Positions 22,323 to 35,267 of a stretch of 64,000 nt of DNA are shown here, piece after piece (the stretch's first letter is position 1; each line of letters starts with the position of its first letter). The notes under the pieces were generated by a model that did no database searches, had not been told where the DNA came from, and was given only the letters and a program-made list of their open reading frames with translations. The position numbers and the translations under genes were made by a program. Origin of the DNA: Azolla caroliniana (taxonomy: Eukaryota > Plantae > Polypodiophyta); contig JBHGNT010000014.1 of assembly GCA_043228905.1 (NCBI GenBank), forward strand, positions 7,502,001 to 7,566,000, read 5' to 3'.

Positions 22323-24518
22323 TCAGGATTTGATTAGGGTGATGTGGTGCAAGTGGTTGGTCCAAAGGGCATGGAGGATCATGTGGAAGGCATCGAAGGG
22401 TCGAGGCGGGGTTGCTGCCGGGGGGTACCACATGAAGTGGCGCCGCACATGCACAAGGTGGCGGCGCATGTCCCGATACCGGGATGCTGGGATGTCCGAT
22501 AGCACCGACTTCAAGTCGGGAATGCGGTCCTCGGGCAGCAGCACGGAGAAGGACGACCAATTGAGGACATGGGAGAATGGGAGCACGAAACCATCGGCGA
22601 TGACCACCGGCACGCAGCCGGTGTGAATGGCCTCCACGATCCTGGGGCTGTTCACCTCGTAGCCCATGGGGCACACACAGAACTTGCTGCGCCGCATGTG
22701 CTCCTCGTAAACGCTCATGTTCCGCAGGCTCTCCTCCAGCACGCCGTAGATTTGCATCTCCTCTCCTCCTTTCGGGTACTCCCAGACCTCCAGCAGCTTT
22801 GGCCTCACTCGCCCATGCATGCGGCCCGCGAAGAAGGCTAGGGTTACCCTTCTCTCTATATCCATCTCTATCTCCCTCTCCCTCTCCATCTCCTCCAGGT
22901 TCTCAGAGTGCATGTAAACCTCGGGAAGAGACACATCCTTGCCTTCTTCGAAGAAGCCGCCCATGTTGTCGGCGTTGCAAACCACCTTCTTCACATTCTT
23001 CTTCAGCTCCTCGTGCTCCTGGGTTACAAGCGTCCCCTACCACAAATTTAAACAGTTGTACATCAAAACCTTCTCAGAAAACAGTTACTTACATATATGC
23101 CAATTTAAGCTGAACACAGACAGACGCCCTCACCTCATGGGAGAGAATGCATGCATGCATGCATGAATGTACGTACAAGCTATGTGCAGCATAACTTCAT
23201 GAATTAAGATTACCCAATCATGGCACGCCACGAAGAAATGGTCGGCGCCATGTGTGCGGTTCCAGAAGGGATGTGCTGCCGCAATGTTGTCGATGTATGA
23301 GCCGATGAACAATGAGAGTGAATGCATGCTCTTAGACCCAGGCTCATAGAGATCATCCACCATGTTGGCCACACTGTAGGGCATAAAGAACAAGAGTGCT
23401 TCCTCGGGGCGTCTCGTGCGGAACGCGTGCCGGCCTCGCTCCATCTGTCGAATGAATAGCCCCTCCGATGAATAGATGCCCAGCACTGGGCCTGTGTGAA
23501 CCAAACGCCCCTTCCCTTCTTTGTAAATATATATCTTTAGCATCTTCTCCATCAGCTCATAGCTCCTAATATAATGCAGTGCAAGTTCAAACACAGTCTC
23601 TTCAAATGTAACCAAATCAAATCAACTTGATACATAATTAATTATTATAAATTTGTATAGGATGCCTATCAACATTAACTGACACAGGATGCTCACTATC
23701 ACTCCTGATTCAGATATTTACTTGAGAAAGTGCGAGAGGTTACGATAAATCGAAGGGTTTAATTCAATGCTATGCAACGTAGTTCTTGGAGGGCCATTCT
23801 TCATGGTATCCACAGTTACTCCAATCAATTCAAGCTCTACCTTTGAGAGCGGCCATTTGGGAATGTAAGCAGCAGCATTGGAATGGGAATGCGATGATAC
23901 ATTATTACTTGTAGAGTTCTGCAAATCTGCTTGGCTAATTGGATTCGTTAGCCCAGTCGTGGGCAATATCCCTGGCTTCATTACATGACTGGCACTGGAG
24001 CCATCGAGTCCAGCCAAGGATATTGATGATGATGGCGATGGCGATGGTGCAGAGACCACATCCATAATGTGGTTATAAGGAGTGGCAGTGCTGCAATTGC
24101 GTTTCTCCTTCATCAATCTCCCAAAATCATCCGACGACATGTTATTACTCCTTTCTCTGCTTGCATTATTATTGGGAGTGATATTGTAAGAATCTTTACT
24201 AGTACTACTATAACTGTGATTATACCTCTCCTTTTGCGTGTACATATTCGGGACCACATTACCGTCAACAAGATCATTACTCATCATATAATCTTTCTTG
24301 ATCTCTACATAGAGTGCCCATGCAGCCACAAGCACTGCAAAGCCCACAACCACCTTCTTCAACACCAGTTTCCATGCAACGTTCTTATTACCATAGTTAC
24401 TACTGCCATGAACACAGAAGCCAATGCCATTATCATTGTTATTATCATCATCATCATCATCAAGATCATTATATAAGGAGCTTCCCCCCGTACCTAGCCC
24501 ATAACCACGACAATCCAT
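22323..24518 (-). CDS. Exostosin-family (GT47) glycosyltransferase, type II membrane protein, ~620 aa; exons 24518-23722, 23565-23214, 23036-22323
   Basis: TM segment VVVGFAVLVAAWALYV; motifs SYELMEKMLKIYIY, GIYSSEG.FI, FWNRTHGADHFFVACHDWG, LAFFAG..HG.VRP.LL, SKFC.CP.GYEVNSPRIVEAI..GCVPVVI. GT-AG introns 23721-23566 (phase 2) and 23213-23037 (phase 0) join the exons in frame (797+352+714=1863 nt). Confidence 0.93.
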
Positions 24519-24834
24519 GTGTACGAGTGTGATTAATAATAGAGGGTGCTGCTATTAACTAAGGACGATCTTGATCATTACTAGTGGTGATTATGAGTGG
24601 TAATTACATGCATACATACAGTCTACAAACTTTTTAATTTAGGATTTATGAATGGTAAGGAAAGAAAAAAAAACAAGAAAGAGATGGGAAAGCGGACACA
24701 CGTGCCAAGAAGAAGAAGAAGAGGTTGCGATGAGTTGGGTGGGTGACTTGTTTTTTCTCGCAACAAGAAGATTAAGAAGAAGAAGGCGTGACATGTAGAG
24801 AGAGAGAGTTCTTTCCCGTAACCTCTTTTTTTGT

Positions 24835-24837
<3 letters not shown>

Positions 24838-24871
<34 letters not shown>

Positions 24872-24928
24872 TGAGAGTTTCAACTTTCCACACACACTCA
24901 CTCCCCTTTCTCTTTATCTCTTTCCCAC

Positions 24929-24960
<32 letters not shown>
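24838..24960. repeat. (GA)n and (CA)n microsatellites upstream of the GT47 gene
   Basis: GA run ~24838-24868 and CA run ~24930-24960, read directly. Confidence 0.9.
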
Positions 24961-24963
<3 letters not shown>

Positions 24964-25310
24964 GCGTCATCAAAAACATAATCGCGCCTACAAGAAGAAG
25001 CTCCCAACCTCCAATTCGGAAAGAGGGCCACTCCATTTCCATACATCCACACATAATACATACATACATGCGTACGTACGTAGATGTCATTTTCGCAAAC
25101 CATGTAAACATCAAAATGGGGTATGCAAAAGGGGGGGAAGGGGGTAGGGCTAGGATTCTTTGATGATGGTGTTGCATAATTTACAAGTGCACATGGTACC
25201 CATAGTTCCAACGAGTTATGTGGTTCTAATTTATAATTGTTATGAATAAAGCATTAAATATTCTTCATTGAAATTATTGTCGAGAAAATTAGACGGACAA
25301 GATATAAAAT

Positions 25311-28300
25311 TCACTCGCACCACCGGCAAAGTCCCAGGAACAGTGTCAGCCTTCCGGTTGCATTGGGACTTTTGCCGGCCAAGGTGGGGGAATGCCGGAA
25401 TTGATTCCGGCCAGGTTATCCTACCAACAGGAATCTAGCCGGTTGATATTTTTTCAACCGGCTAGTTATATAGTTTTTTAAAAATATAGGTATGTATATA
25501 TAACAAATATATAGATTTAACTTTCCCCCTCTTTCCCCCTCTTTCCCCCTTTCTTCCCTCTCGACTCTGCAAATAGTCACGTTTCTTGATCCCTGTTCAC
25601 TATTTGCTTTCGTCTTCGTCTTCTGCTCCTTCTTCTTCTTCTTCTGCTTCATCTGCCCCTCCTGGAACAGACTACGTCACTCTCTTTCAACCTTCATATG
25701 GAAATGCTCTAACTGGACTTGGTGCTTACACTCCAGGTATTCTCCATCATTCCCTTACAGAACTTTCTGCGGGAAATTTCCTTTGTTTTCTCTTCATCAG
25801 GTCGATTTTTTTTACTTCTCTTCTCGAATTTCTGTGTATAATTTTGTTTGTGACGTAGAACTGTGGTGACTCAGATGTGCATATCCATGCATTACATATA
25901 AGGTATATACAAAACCATCATAAAAAAAATAGCATGCAACATAGCTAAATATAGTTCAAACTATAACCCAAGGTCCTTTGCAAACTTCAATATAGAGAGG
26001 TAATTCAGTTGTTGAGATCTCGCTAGACTTAGTGATGACCAACTAATGGAATTGTATGATTGATTGGGTTTTGGAGGGCTTTAATTGATCTTTCAATGTT
26101 GGTTAATGACATTAAGGAAAGTAATTCCCCAAACTTTATGTATGATAGGTTCTGGCAAATGTTTCTCCCTTAGCCAGTGGAATGATGGCCAGATTCATTG
26201 ACATGAAAAGACAATAAACCCTCGCATTACATAGTCTTGTACAGAGATTAGATACACTAAATGATGCAAGAATGAATCCAATGGACAATTTGGAGGCATA
26301 TTTAGAATAGTGGTGGTGATTAGTGAGGATCATAAGCATATATATGTTGAGATACATTACCCAATGCCCATAGGCATATATGACATGTTACTCCCATTAA
26401 TCATGGTTTCATTATATCTGAATTACCCAATGATAGATGGATCATCCAAACTTCCATCCACAGATTACCAAACTACCCATTAATCACTAACCATTACCCA
26501 TTAGAGCTAGATAATGGAGTTCCTTTATACAAACCATTGGATACTAATCATTGATAGTAAAGGGGGAGGGAGGAGGGGGGAGGGACTTCTTTTCTCTTCA
26601 TTTCTTGGGCTTACTGCTGAATGTCTTCTTGAACCACTTGAGGAGGCGAGTCGCGCCGTTGCGAGACGACGGCTTGGGGCTAATAACATGGTGGTTATGC
26701 ATCGGCACATTCGAAGATAAGATAGACACGCTTCCGACGCTCTTGCTCCTAGCAAAGTGTCCACCGAGGGGTGAAGGTGGGCATTGAACTTGAGTAGTAG
26801 TAGTAGTAACTGTAGTAGTACCTATGAGTAGATGGATGCCTTTGTGATCTTCTCCCACGGAATGATCATTAGCATCACCAATTCCATTGCCATTGATGTG
26901 GGCATTACCATAGCCATTGCCATTGCCAATACCATTGCCATTGTAATCCAATGCCCTCTATACAGTCCATTTCCCTTTTTTATCTTTTACTTCCTAATAG
27001 CCTAATCCTAATCTATACATTAGTCATTACCTAATCTCTTTCAAAGCATCAAGCGTGACCCAATGGATTACTATCATGATTTAGAATGCCGATCATTAGA
27101 TAATCTCCCATGATTTGTCACATAAGATTTGTTATATGTCGGTTTATGCTCGTTGTCGTGAAGAGATGAAATGCAGGATGAAGTGCAAAAGGCCCCTTTG
27201 TGAGGCTTATGCAAGCATGTTGATGCCCCATAGGACAAAGTGATTGAAGTACACGCATGGATAAGGCTAATCATTTGTATGTTGTTGGTAACTTCAGGAC
27301 ATGACCCTATTGTAGTTCCATTTAGAGACTAATGAGGGGATCCCTTAACTTCACTAAATTGGATAGTAGATGACAAAGAGTACTACTACATGCGAAAAAA
27401 TTATAGTTAGCTCCAATTAATCAAATTGCTTGTCCACTAAGAAGAGAATACCTAAAGTGATCATTAAGATGACATGGGTCACATATGTTCAATTAATCGA
27501 ATTGCCTGCCCATTGAGAAGAGATATACCAAAACTCATCACCAAGATGACAAGGGTTTAGGGGATGCATGTCTCTATGTATGTATAATTTTAGAAACACA
27601 TGTTGTCCTTGGGGAGTTCTTCTTTGAACAAAGTAAAAGGGGATGTTATCGAGACAATAAACATGTTGGATGTTTTTACCTATCTCATCAACTGACCTTG
27701 AACTTTCAAGTATAAGGGTAAGTTACCTTGTGTAAGTTATCTTTATGTGCATGAATTAACACTTCATACCATTGCAAATCAATTTCTGTCCATTCCTCCC
27801 ATTTGTAAATCTCTATTGAAGGACCTGAACTATTGAAGGACCTGAACTAGAAGAACATGACTTCAATGCTAGCATTTTGTTGTGGTGAGAAAGCAAGGCA
27901 TATCATCATATTTTTACAGGAACATCTCAGGAGCATGATGATGAGATCGAGGACTTCATAGAAGATATAGATTAAAACTTTATAAATGTGATCGATTTTG
28001 TTTTGGAACTTTCTATATATTACATCTAATTTGATCTAATGTTGTTAATGCTACTTTATAAAGGTTTGAAAAGTGAATTATGTTTATAGAGTTAGAATAT
28101 TTTTTGGTAAATATATATCTTTAGATTTTGGGTTCCAAAATTTTGTGATTGATTTGATTTTGTATTGCATTAGATTTTTTTTTGGTTATGTGGCCAAAAA
28201 AAATTTCAACATGTTCCGGTTGACATTGTCGTTGGTAGGAACGTGGCCGGCCAAAATTTTAAAATTCCGGTTAGGTTCATGAGAAGCAGGAAAATTTCCG

Positions 28301-28329
28301 GTAGGGGCTACAAACTTTGCCCAACACTG
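25311..28329 (+). mobile_element. Probable degenerate hAT-like DNA transposon
   Basis: Inverted subterminal similarity (CCGGCCAGGTTATCCTACCAAC at ~25407 versus the reverse complement of GTTGGTAGGAACGTGGCCGG at ~28231). Many CCGG motifs at both ends; right end ...AACACTG; acidic ORF end near 27830-27975. No TSD found. Confidence 0.45.
26598..26957 (-). pseudogene. Host-gene-like coding fragment (GN repeats, Thr run, FARSKSVGS, basic C-terminus)
   Basis: The open frame has plant-protein-like composition and is preceded by an in-frame TAG/AG at 26958-26960. Upstream frames are interrupted and there is no ATG. Confidence 0.4.
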
Positions 28330-29389
28330 TCTACAACACCAAGTCCCATTCATGATCCTTGTCAACTCATTTTCTGTTGTGCATTAATCAACCTATATTT
28401 TAATATAAATTAAAGTATTATTAATACAAAGAAACACTTGTTTTGTTTTTTCATCAAACAAACTCATATCAAAGCTACTTTTGCTTTCTTTCACCAAAAG
28501 GAGAGTATATAATAGTGGAATCACACTTTCACGGGAGACATTCTATATTTCCTTTGAGGGCCTAATTCCTTATGCTTGTGATAACTTCACTACCTAGCAT
28601 TGTTTATGGTAACTAAATATACGTTAAATACTAATGTTATGGTCTTATACATAATCCATGATATTCTCTTATAAACTCTATCTTACCCAATATAATTAAT
28701 ATTCTCATGCCACTTCAAAGCTTTGTTGACCTTGTCTATATATATGATCATGACTTAATATTTTTTTATCATATGACACGCCATTCCTACTCTCCTCCCA
28801 CATTATCACATAATTATTATCACATTTTCTCATGCCCTAGCTTTTAACCTAGATTTTGTTGGAACTAACTCCGATATTTACGTCTTTCCTATATAACAAT
28901 AGATGTGACTATTATAATTGTAACATTCACATTTAAGAATGTAAAACCTATTGTGCAAACCTTTGGTGTACCGCATACAATCTCTGACTATTTCTTTCGC
29001 TTCTTGTTTGATCGAGAACAATTGGTCAACAAGATTCCTTTTATTCCCCCGTCATGTGAAATTTGTAGGAAGTCCTCAATGACGTAATCAAAATCGGTTA
29101 TGAGGTTTTCGACAAGCATCCAGAACAATCTCCTTTCTAATCTTCGATTTGGGCTTGAATGTTACTACCTTTTCAACTTCCATTATTGCTCATATGCTTT
29201 GTTGAGTTTGAGTATTTCGACATGGTCGTAGACATCTTCATATCTGAGGAACTTGGGCACCAACTTTGATATAGAGACACTCCTTTTGCAGTCGTTTGTT
29301 GAGTGTCTCGGGCCCATGTTTGTATGTCTTTCTCTCTCCATCAACGAGACTAATGTTTGAATAGATTGAAGGGCAATAGCTAGCTCAGA

Positions 29390-30320
29390 ATTAACAGGTG
29401 GGTACTAGTGTAGGTTCAGAGTTTGTTGGTTGTCATGTACTCCTTGGGGACGGGTCACTTGGGTTTATCTAGTGTCCAAGCACCTTCAATGATGAATGAT
29501 CTAAGTGGCACTTTCTAGACACAAATTCAACGTACGCAAACATAAAACAAAGACAAATGTTGCTAGAATAAATTATTCAAAACCAACAAGAGTCACATCC
29601 CCTCTCTTGCACAATTATTGGCAACCTGCAAGTTTGGCATAGAGACCATATTCTTGTAATTGTGGTAGAGCTTGGCGTACATGCTCATCATGCTTCTCTT
29701 GAATCTTGAAAAATATCAAAATGTCGTCCAAACAAATAGTGGTGAATATATCGAAGAAGTCCTAGAAAATAACATTGGCCATATGTTGAAAAATTACATG
29801 AGCATTTGTGCAATCGAAAGGCATAACTGTATACTCAAAATGCCATATCAAGTACAAAATGTGGTTTTCCATTCAAGACCTAGACGAGCTCAAACTAGAT
29901 ATAACAACCTCAAAAGATCAAGCTTTGTAAACTATTTGGCTCCACTCAAGCGCTCCCAAAGTATCCAGATTAAAGGAAAGGCATACCTATTTCGAATTGT
30001 GATTTTATTTAAGCCTCAATAATCTACAACAAAGCGAAACAATCCATCTTTCTTCTTAACAAAAAATATTGGTTCACCATCAAGAGACTTGGAATGGCGA
30101 ATAAATCCACTTGCTAAATTTTCATCGATATAGTCGCGAAGAACCTTGAGCTTTATTGCCGATAAATTATAAATTGGTCCCCACGGCGGATCTTTTCCTG
30201 GTTAAAGATCGATAGGACAATTATAAGGTCAATACTATGGAAGACTAGCAGCCTTGTCCTTATTAAAGACATCTCACAATTCTTGATACTTGGTTGGAAG
30301 CAAGGTACTAGACTTTTGTT
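29390..30320 (-). pseudogene. Chromovirus-like gypsy RT fragment (plus a piece of INT)
   Basis: LPTKYQE..DVF.KDKA..LP; CPIDL.PGKDPPWGPIYNLS..LKVLRDYIDENL.SGFIRHSKS; PIFFVKKKDG..RFVVDY.GLNKITIRNRY. Confidence 0.8.
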
Positions 30321-30918
30321 GATGCTTGATCTTTTCCAGGTCTTAGGTAGGCTTGGGTGGTGATGCGTTGGGGTTCAAATTAATCGAGGACATATATGCA
30401 TTGGAGCCTTAGCCTTAGCCTTCACCCCCCTTTTTTGATAGGACAATTATAAGGTCAATACTATGGAAGACTAGCAGCCTTGTCCTTATTAAAGGCATCT
30501 CACAAATCTTGATGCTTGGTTGGAAGTAAGGTACTAGACTTTTGTTGATACTTGATCTTTTCCAGGTCTTAGGTAGGCTTGGGTGGTGATGCGTTGGGGT
30601 TCAAATTAATCGAGGACATAATATGCATTGGAGCCTTAGCCTTAGCCTTCACCCCCTTTTTAGTCGTTCTTGTTCTTTCATTGAGCTAGTTGTGATGGTT
30701 ACCATGTGATGGCTAGGCTTGAACCTATGACCTATGTGTAGGTATGTTAAAGATTTAACCATTAAGTTATCTAATGTACATATTAGCCTTCACCCCCCGT
30801 TTTAGTTGTTCTTGTTCTTTTTTGAGGCAATTGTGATGGTTACCATGTGATGCCTAGGCTTGAACCTATGACCTATGTGTACGCATGTTAAGGATTTAAC
30901 CATTAAGTTATCTAATGT
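30212..30918. repeat. Two adjacent tandem duplications (~225 bp and ~139 bp units)
   Basis: GATAGGACAATTATAAGG recurs at ~30211 and ~30437; TTAGCCTTCACCCCC...AACCATTAAGTTATCTAATGTA recurs at ~30642 and ~30783. Confidence 0.85.
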
Positions 30919-30933
30919 AAATATTTATTATAT

Positions 30934-31151
30934 TGTTACAACATAATATCCTAATTGGTAGAACCCTAGAACATTCTAGAACTTCTTGAAATATTCTAGA
31001 AACCTCGAATGGTCCATGAGCCACTATATAATGAAGCCCCCTTACTCTTGTCGAACCATTCCGGTTCAACTCCAATCTTGAGTCCTCCAAGTAAGCTCTC
31101 TCTTGTATCTCTTTATCTCAATATGTATTTCCTTTCATAGTTACTCACACA

Positions 31152-31190
<39 letters not shown>

Positions 31191-34100
31191 TGTCTCTCTC
31201 ACTATATCTCTCGTTCATTCTATCCATTGCTATCTCGTCTATCTATATCATCCATCACTCTTTCTTTGGCTCTTTCAAGTGTTATCTTATCTGAGTTCTC
31301 ATAGTTTAAACTGGAATTCCCATTTCCTTATTGTTGTCTCTGAATTGTAAAGCCTTAAGACCAAATTTATGGTGCTAGAGATGGAGAACCAACAATTGCT
31401 TGAGGATGTCCAAAAGGTGATTTTGGAAAAACAACAACATGATGAGTTCACACGACGAGTACAACAATTAGAGTCGGCGTTGGTTGCTTTCCAATAACAA
31501 TCAACAGGAGATCAAGGGATTATTAAAGAACCCAAGATTAGCCCACCTGCGAAATTTGATGGTACGAAATTTCAATTGAAGGGATTTTTAAATCAGGTAC
31601 GACTTGTCATTCAAATGCATCCCACATCATATCCAATTGATGCATCTCAAGTAGGGTTAGTAGGAACCCTATTGACAAGCACAACACTATCTTGGTTTGC
31701 CCCTCTACTAGAAAAGAAATCTCCTCGGTTAAATCATTTAGAAGAATTTATTAAAGAGTTTACAAGTTACTTCAGATATATAGATAGTGTTAGGACTACC
31801 ATCAATAAATTTTGCCACTTATGATAAGGAGATCGTCGAGGCTCAGTATATGGGGCTGATTTTCATCTTCCTACATCTAATATTCCATGGGATGATCAAG
31901 CATTAATGAATCTATTCCATTTTGGCCTTTGCAATGATGTCAAAGATTTGCTTCTCACATTTCCCGAAGATCCAAATCACTTACTAAAGCCATTAGTCGA
32001 GTTGTACAATGTGATAATCAACTTTTTGAGCGTCGATCAAAGCGCAAACAACAAATCACAAGACCAAGGATTATGTCTACCTATGCATCTATGATGACAC
32101 AATCACTCTCTCCACAACATATAATCCAGCTCTAATGGATTCTCCAACACCCTATGAAATCAATTTAACATGTCGACGAGGACCCTTATTGAACAAGGAT
32201 AAGTAACGATGTTGAGAAAATCGTCTATGGTTATATTGTGGTGGTCCAGGACATATACCAATAAATTGTCCTCATAGGCCGAGACATCAAGTAAATCAAA
32301 TCGTTACTATTAGTAAACCTGAGTCTAGTTTAATTGGGACAACGGGTAATAAATTAGGTAGCCCGACATTAATGTACATTTGAGGCAGCTAGATGAACAG
32401 GTAAAGTAGTGAGTCTAGACAAAATTGGAGCCATTGTTGGAACACTGGGACATTTGAAATAGGTAATATGTTGCAAAATACTGGGACCACATGGGACAAA
32501 ATAGGCCGATTCACAAAAGGAGTATCACATGCATAACGAATTTTTAAAAAATGACTCCAAAATATATTGATTTCTAGCATGTACAGAAATTTAGGTGTTC
32601 CAAATAATGCCTAAATGATGGGAATGCCAAACTTACAAATGAATGTCTAAAATGACTACCACCTATATTTATAGAAATTTGTGAATATAGATTTTGATGT
32701 ACAATACAATATTTACTTTCATGTATCAGAACTATTGTTTTCCAAGTCTATGCCATCATCTTCAGACCCATCAGATGAACTAGTAGGAGTTTGTGAGGTC
32801 TCATCCTCATCATTAATGGCAACTAATGCAATGTCTTCATCCAATTGCAATCCAACCTCACCGTGCTTATGAGTCATGCTTCTCGTTTGTCTGTGTGTTG
32901 TATTTGGAGCCACATTTGGGATCTTCTCTTTTAGTATCTTGATTTTGCTGATTTCATTCTTGTTGAAAGTTTTTTTTTCGGATTTTTTTTTTTAATTAGA
33001 AAAGAACTTTCAACTAAAATCCGATGCACTGCATCGGAATTTGTTGTTTTCAACGAGAATCCAATTCACGTTGAAAGTTTTTTATTTTGAAAAAAAATAA
33101 ACTTTGAACCAAATTCAATGCACTACATCGGATTTTGTTGTTTTCAACAAAAATGTGGTGCAGTGCATTGGATTTTGGTTGAAAGTTTTATTTTTTGAAA
33201 AAAAAAAAATTCAAAAAATAAAAGAAACTTTCAACCAAGATGTTTTCAATAGAAATCTGATGTAGAGCATCAGATTTTGGTTGATGCCTTTTTTTTTTCA
33301 AAAAAGGAAAAGAAAAAAAAATGAGAATCTGATGTAGTGCATCGGATTCTCATTGAAAGTCTTGGATTTTTATAAAAAAAATTATTTTTCTTGGAAGAAA
33401 ACAAGTTTTAATTATCAACGAGAATTAGATGCACTATATTGGATTCTTGTTGAAAGTCAACGAAATTTAACTCATTTCGTCTAGTTTTTTATGTAGTTAG
33501 ACCTCCATTTTGTGTAGTTTTCACCTAGCACGTTTTTTGCCAAAAAATCCTCATTTTATAGATTTCAGTGAGCCTGGTAAAAAAATACCGACCTTTAAGG
33601 TGAAGATCCCCACTCCAATGAAGAGAAGTCTCGTCAATCCTTGTTTGAATCAGTGTGTGATGGAACATTAAAGTCATCTATAGGCAACACGAAAGGTAAA
33701 CTAGTTATGGTCCTTGAATTCGTTAGACCATAGACACAATTTATAGTAAGTTAGAATGGGGTCTAGTTTATGTGGATGAAGATGGAGTATTGCTCCTAAT
33801 ATTCGCAACGATAGAGGGTAAAGGGAAGTTGCAGTTAGGTAAAAGTTTCAATTGTGGTAAAGTGAGAAACATGGATCATAAAGATAGTGATTCCCCCAAT
33901 ATCTTCCTTGACGTTGAGAGCTCAGTTTGGAGTTTCGACCTAGAGTAAACTATCATTTTTTCTATGATTGGAAAGGTTTCTATCCATGGGTAAGATATTA
34001 TGTGTCACTAGTTACAAGGTTATTCACAATTTATTAAAACATTCTAGTTTTCTAAAGTTAAGGTGGTTTGCATTGTTATTTAAATTTCTTCTGTTGAAAT

Positions 34101-35255
34101 ATTAGTAGTTCAAGTATATGACAATTATTCTAGTTACTCCTATAACAATAGACAACCATTAAAGAATTTTATAGTTAACCTATCCCACATGTATCTATTA
34201 AGAGCCTTTAAAGAATATGGGAATTATTAAATATTTCCATGTAACCCGTTCCACATATACCTATTAAGAGCCTTTGAAGAATATGGGAATTATCAAATCT
34301 TTCCATGTAACTACAAACTCCACACATAATTTAAAAATGCATCCATGTGGACTGCCAATGGTCCCCTCTTCCACGGTAATGCATCCTGGTCCGAAACAAA
34401 GTTACAATAGTCCTATTCTAAACTCAAGTTCTAACCATCTATGCATGCATCATACCATTGTGAAATTGTGTTGAAATAGACATCTTTTAACATCTCCCCA
34501 AGAAGTAAAAAAGAGAACACGACATATTACACATTTCAAATGTCCCGGTGTTTTGGATAATCATAGGTCATTTCAACCAATTCCTAGTAATGGTTCCATT
34601 TTGTCCAAACAAGACAGTAATGTTTTCTCAACCCTAGTCCATGTAAGCACATCAAGTAGTACCATTGTACATGTTCCTACTCTCTTAGATATTGGTGCCA
34701 ACTCTTGGTTCATGGGTCGAGATTTTGCCTTCACACACAACATAACTTTAGACAAGCTTCCTTGTCCAACTTCAGTGATAGTCATTGCTGGTAAACCTAT
34801 TATTTCTTGCAAAATAGTAGAAGAGTCTGAACCAGTTCAAATGGTCTTAGAAGAATTGGCATGTGTGATATCTTTCAATACAATTAGTATTCTTGAACAT
34901 CAGACTGTCCTTGGTTTGCCTTGGTTTAAGCTGCATAATGCAAAGATTAATTTGCAAGCCCGAGAAATTTGTAGTAGAAAACAAGTCAATACACAGGTTC
35001 AGCCCATAGAAACCATGACTCAACCGCATAAGATTTCAACCATTTTAGTGCAAGCGCTATGTCGAGAAGGGCGACAAGAAGAAATGGTCTTGTTTGCAGT
35101 AATAACCAACCTTTCAACTGCTTGTGACAATCTCCTTAAAACAAAACTTCTGAAAAAATATGAGGAATTTGTGGACATTAAATTCAAAGCTAGTACACTC
35201 CCAAAACATCAGCATTATGATTGCCCCATCGATCTCCAACCAAGAAAAGAACCAC
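30934..35255 (+). mobile_element. Element L: degenerate chromovirus-like (Tcn1/Tf-type) gypsy, 5' part, interrupted at ~32380-34450
   Basis: LTR-like 30934-~31277 (TG start, TATA ~31025). Gag from 31381 (EPKISPPAKFDG..GFLNQ..SWF.PL; knuckle YCGGPGH...CP ~32230). Protease LLDIGANSWFM ~34680; RT start LPKHQHYDCPIDL ~35200. Confidence 0.75.
33008..33456. repeat. Array of about six palindromic units (TTCAAC..AATCCGATGCA-C-TRCATCGGATT..GTTGAA)
   Basis: Units near 33018, 33110, 33150, 33253, 33324 and 33421, separated by A/T runs; adjacent to an acidic ORF end on the minus strand (32719-32913). Confidence 0.8.
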
Positions 35256-35267
35256 ACAGAGTCGTTT

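Noticed and set aside
24623-25211. ORFs upstream of GT47
   Set aside because: Products of GA/CA microsatellites.
27074-27274. Cys/His-containing ORF as upstream exon of the 26598-26957 fragment (DUF740-like guess)
   Set aside because: The motif match is weak and no clean splice path joins the two.
33008-33456. CRISPR-like palindromic repeats with spacers
   Set aside because: Eukaryotic context, degenerate repeats, low-complexity spacers of irregular length, and no cas genes.
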